A DNA stretch of 33,365 nt from Candidatus Bipolaricaulota bacterium (GTDB lineage: Bacteria; Bipolaricaulota; Bipolaricaulia; UBA7950; UBA9294). Of the stretch, positions 32,260 to 33,365 are shown one piece after another. The stretch lies in assembly GCA_034715975.1 (NCBI GenBank), contig JAYEFP010000105.1:1-33365 (forward strand). Direction: 5' to 3'. Both the position numbers and the translations under genes were made by a program. The notes beneath the pieces were generated by a model, which saw only the letters and a program-made list of their open reading frames with translations, made no database searches and was not told the DNA's origin. The first letter of the stretch is position 1. Each line of letters starts with the position of its first letter.

Positions 32260-33133
32260 AGTGTACCTTCCTCCCCGTAGTCCTAAACTGCAGCAATGTA
32301 AATCCAACAACCATGACAAACAGAATCACCGACTGCGCCGATGCCATTCCCCACTTATTGTGTTGGAAAGCATCACGGTACAGGTTGTAGATGAGAATGT
32401 TCGTCGCGTTTGCCGGCCCCCCCTTAGTTAGGACATCGATAAGACCGAATACGTTGAAGAAAGCGTAGATCATGTTCATGATCAACAGGAAGAACGCAGT
32501 CGGAGACAACAAAGGAAGCGTGATCCGCCAAAAACAGCGCCATGATCCGGCACCATCGATTCGCGCCGCCTCAATCACCTGCCCGGGAACGTTTTGCAGT
32601 CCAGCCAGGAAGAAAACTATGTTGTATCCCAGGTTCTTCCACACCGCGGCAGTGATCACCAGGAAGATAGCAAGACTCTTGCTCGTAACCCAATCGGGCG
32701 ATATTCCAATGGTTCGCTCCAAGACGAAGTTTACCACCCCAGCTGTCGGATTGAACAAGAATAACCAGATCGTTCCTGCCACCGCCGGGGATAGCGCGTA
32801 CGGCCAGATGAGAGCGGTTCGGTATATGCGAGCTCCACGCACCTTTCGGTTAGCGACCAGCGCGATCGCTAAGGATGAGGAGAGGCCTAGAAGAACAATC
32901 CCCGCAGCGAACACAATGCTGATCCACAAGCTGTGGAGGTAGGCTGACGAGGTGAACATGCGCACATAGTTCTGAGTTCCCACATAAAGGGTGCGAAGCC
33001 CCATGAATGCGGCCCGAAGGAGGCTCCAGCTAAAGCTTTGCGCCAGCGGATAGTAGAGGAACATTCCGCAAACGAGCAGGGTGGGAAGCAGGATGAGCAG
33101 CGGGAGCTTCCTGCTTGGGAACTTACTCTCCAT
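32249..33133 (-). CDS. ABC permease, UgpA-like, locus 2
   Basis: 'GYNIVFFLAGLQNVPGQVIEAARIDGAGSWRCFWRITLP' EAA loop. GAGGAG lies upstream of the ATG at 33133. Confidence 0.85.
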   Translation of the reverse strand: MESKFPSRKLPLLILLPTLLVCGMFLYYPLAQSFSWSLLRAAFMGLRTLYVGTQNYVRMFTSSAYLHSLWISIVFAAGIVLLGLSSSLAIALVANRKVRGARIYRTALIWPYALSPAVAGTIWLFLFNPTAGVVNFVLERTIGISPDWVTSKSLAIFLVITAAVWKNLGYNIVFFLAGLQNVPGQVIEAARIDGAGSWRCFWRITLPLLSPTAFFLLIMNMIYAFFNVFGLIDVLTKGGPANATNILIYNLYRDAFQHNKWGMASAQSVILFVMVVGFTLLQFRTTGRKVHYGG

Positions 33134-33169
33134 GATCTTTTTCTCCTCTTCTTCTGCTAGGCTAAAATA

Positions 33170-33198
33170 ACGGGGAGCCCAATAAAAAGGCTCCCCGT
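33170..33198 (-). terminator. Hairpin (attenuator/partial terminator or mRNA stabiliser) between SBP and permease genes, locus 2
   Basis: acggggagcc (33170-33179) pairs with ggctccccgt (33189-33198) around a 9-nt loop. On the minus-strand transcript it is followed by TATTTTAG. Confidence 0.5.
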
Positions 33199-33212
33199 CT
33201 CTGTCGGCAAGA

Positions 33213-33365
33213 CTAGCCGCCCATTAGTTCCTTGTAGTCCACAAGAGCCTGATCGATCAGTCCCTTAGCCTTGGAAAGAGCATCAGCTACGCTAGCTCCA
33301 CCGTAGATTTCTTCTGCGGCATCCTCGATGTAAGTTCGAATGTCCGGGAAGACACCAGACAGAGC
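33213..33365 (-). CDS. C-terminal 50 codons of a second family-1 solute-binding protein, locus 2 (gene continues beyond the right edge)
   Basis: Hand translation of the minus strand gives ...ALSGVFPDIRTYIEDAAEEIYGGASVADALSKAKGLIDQALVDYKELMGG*, with stop TAG at 33215-33213. It is collinear with the C-terminus of the locus-1 SBP (...ALDEAAAKMNQLLTDYYELFGE*). Absent from the ORF track only because it is short and edge-truncated. Confidence 0.7.
   Translation of the reverse strand, partial: ALSGVFPDIRTYIEDAAEEIYGGASVADALSKAKGLIDQALVDYKELMGG

Noticed and set aside
1-33365. Mobile elements, prophage, tRNA/rRNA genes, and defence islands (restriction-modification, CRISPR-Cas, retrons, etc.).
   Set aside because: No integrase, transposase, recombinase, reverse transcriptase, nuclease-helicase pairs, terminal inverted repeats or cloverleaf-like sequences were recognised on either strand. 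The only accessory-looking pieces are the DUF4160/DUF2442 pair and the beta-helix gene.

Overview
Bacterial chromosomal window. Hand-sampled GC is about 55-60 %, Shine-Dalgarno sites are strong GGAGG types, and many genes have overlapping start/stop junctions. The lineage cannot be assigned from sequence alone. I recognised no rRNA, tRNA, CRISPR array, transposase or integrase. Layout: (i) 1-1347: the C-terminal end of a PKD-like repeat surface protein, then an AT-rich DUF4160/DUF2442 two-gene module. (ii) 1461-4511 (minus strand): a tightly overlapped lipoate operon encoding a stand-alone lipoyl domain, LipB, LipA, a C-terminally truncated LplA-like enzyme and DUF501. (iii) 4725-13432: housekeeping genes, namely tsaC, an EamA transporter, a CDP-alcohol transferase-like gene, ruvB, ribF, tsaB, rpmB, an S1-domain protein, a four-subunit 2-oxoacid:ferredoxin oxidoreductase in D-A-B-C order, and a Nudix hydrolase. 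(iv) 13711-15528: an orphan PPDK_N-type ATP-grasp protein with no phospho-histidine domain. (v) 15633-33365: a glycerol/glycerophosphodiester supercluster. It holds one ABC ATPase on the plus strand and about 16.6 kb of minus-strand genes. These are glpK, a three-gene GlpA-like/DUF1667 dehydrogenase set, two paralogous Ugp-like importer loci each with its own HAD-IIA phosphatase, a secreted and a cytoplasmic glycerophosphodiesterase, and an Ldh_2-family dehydrogenase. Most unusually, a DHH/DHHA1 phosphoesterase is translationally coupled to a secreted beta-helix protein. My best candidate for an undescribed system is that HAD-IIA/DHH/beta-helix triad inside importer locus 2, which may harvest a phosphodiester-linked polymer. 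The runner-up is the lipoate operon with a dedicated lipoyl-domain carrier. All functional calls rest on motif recognition by eye; no database search was run.
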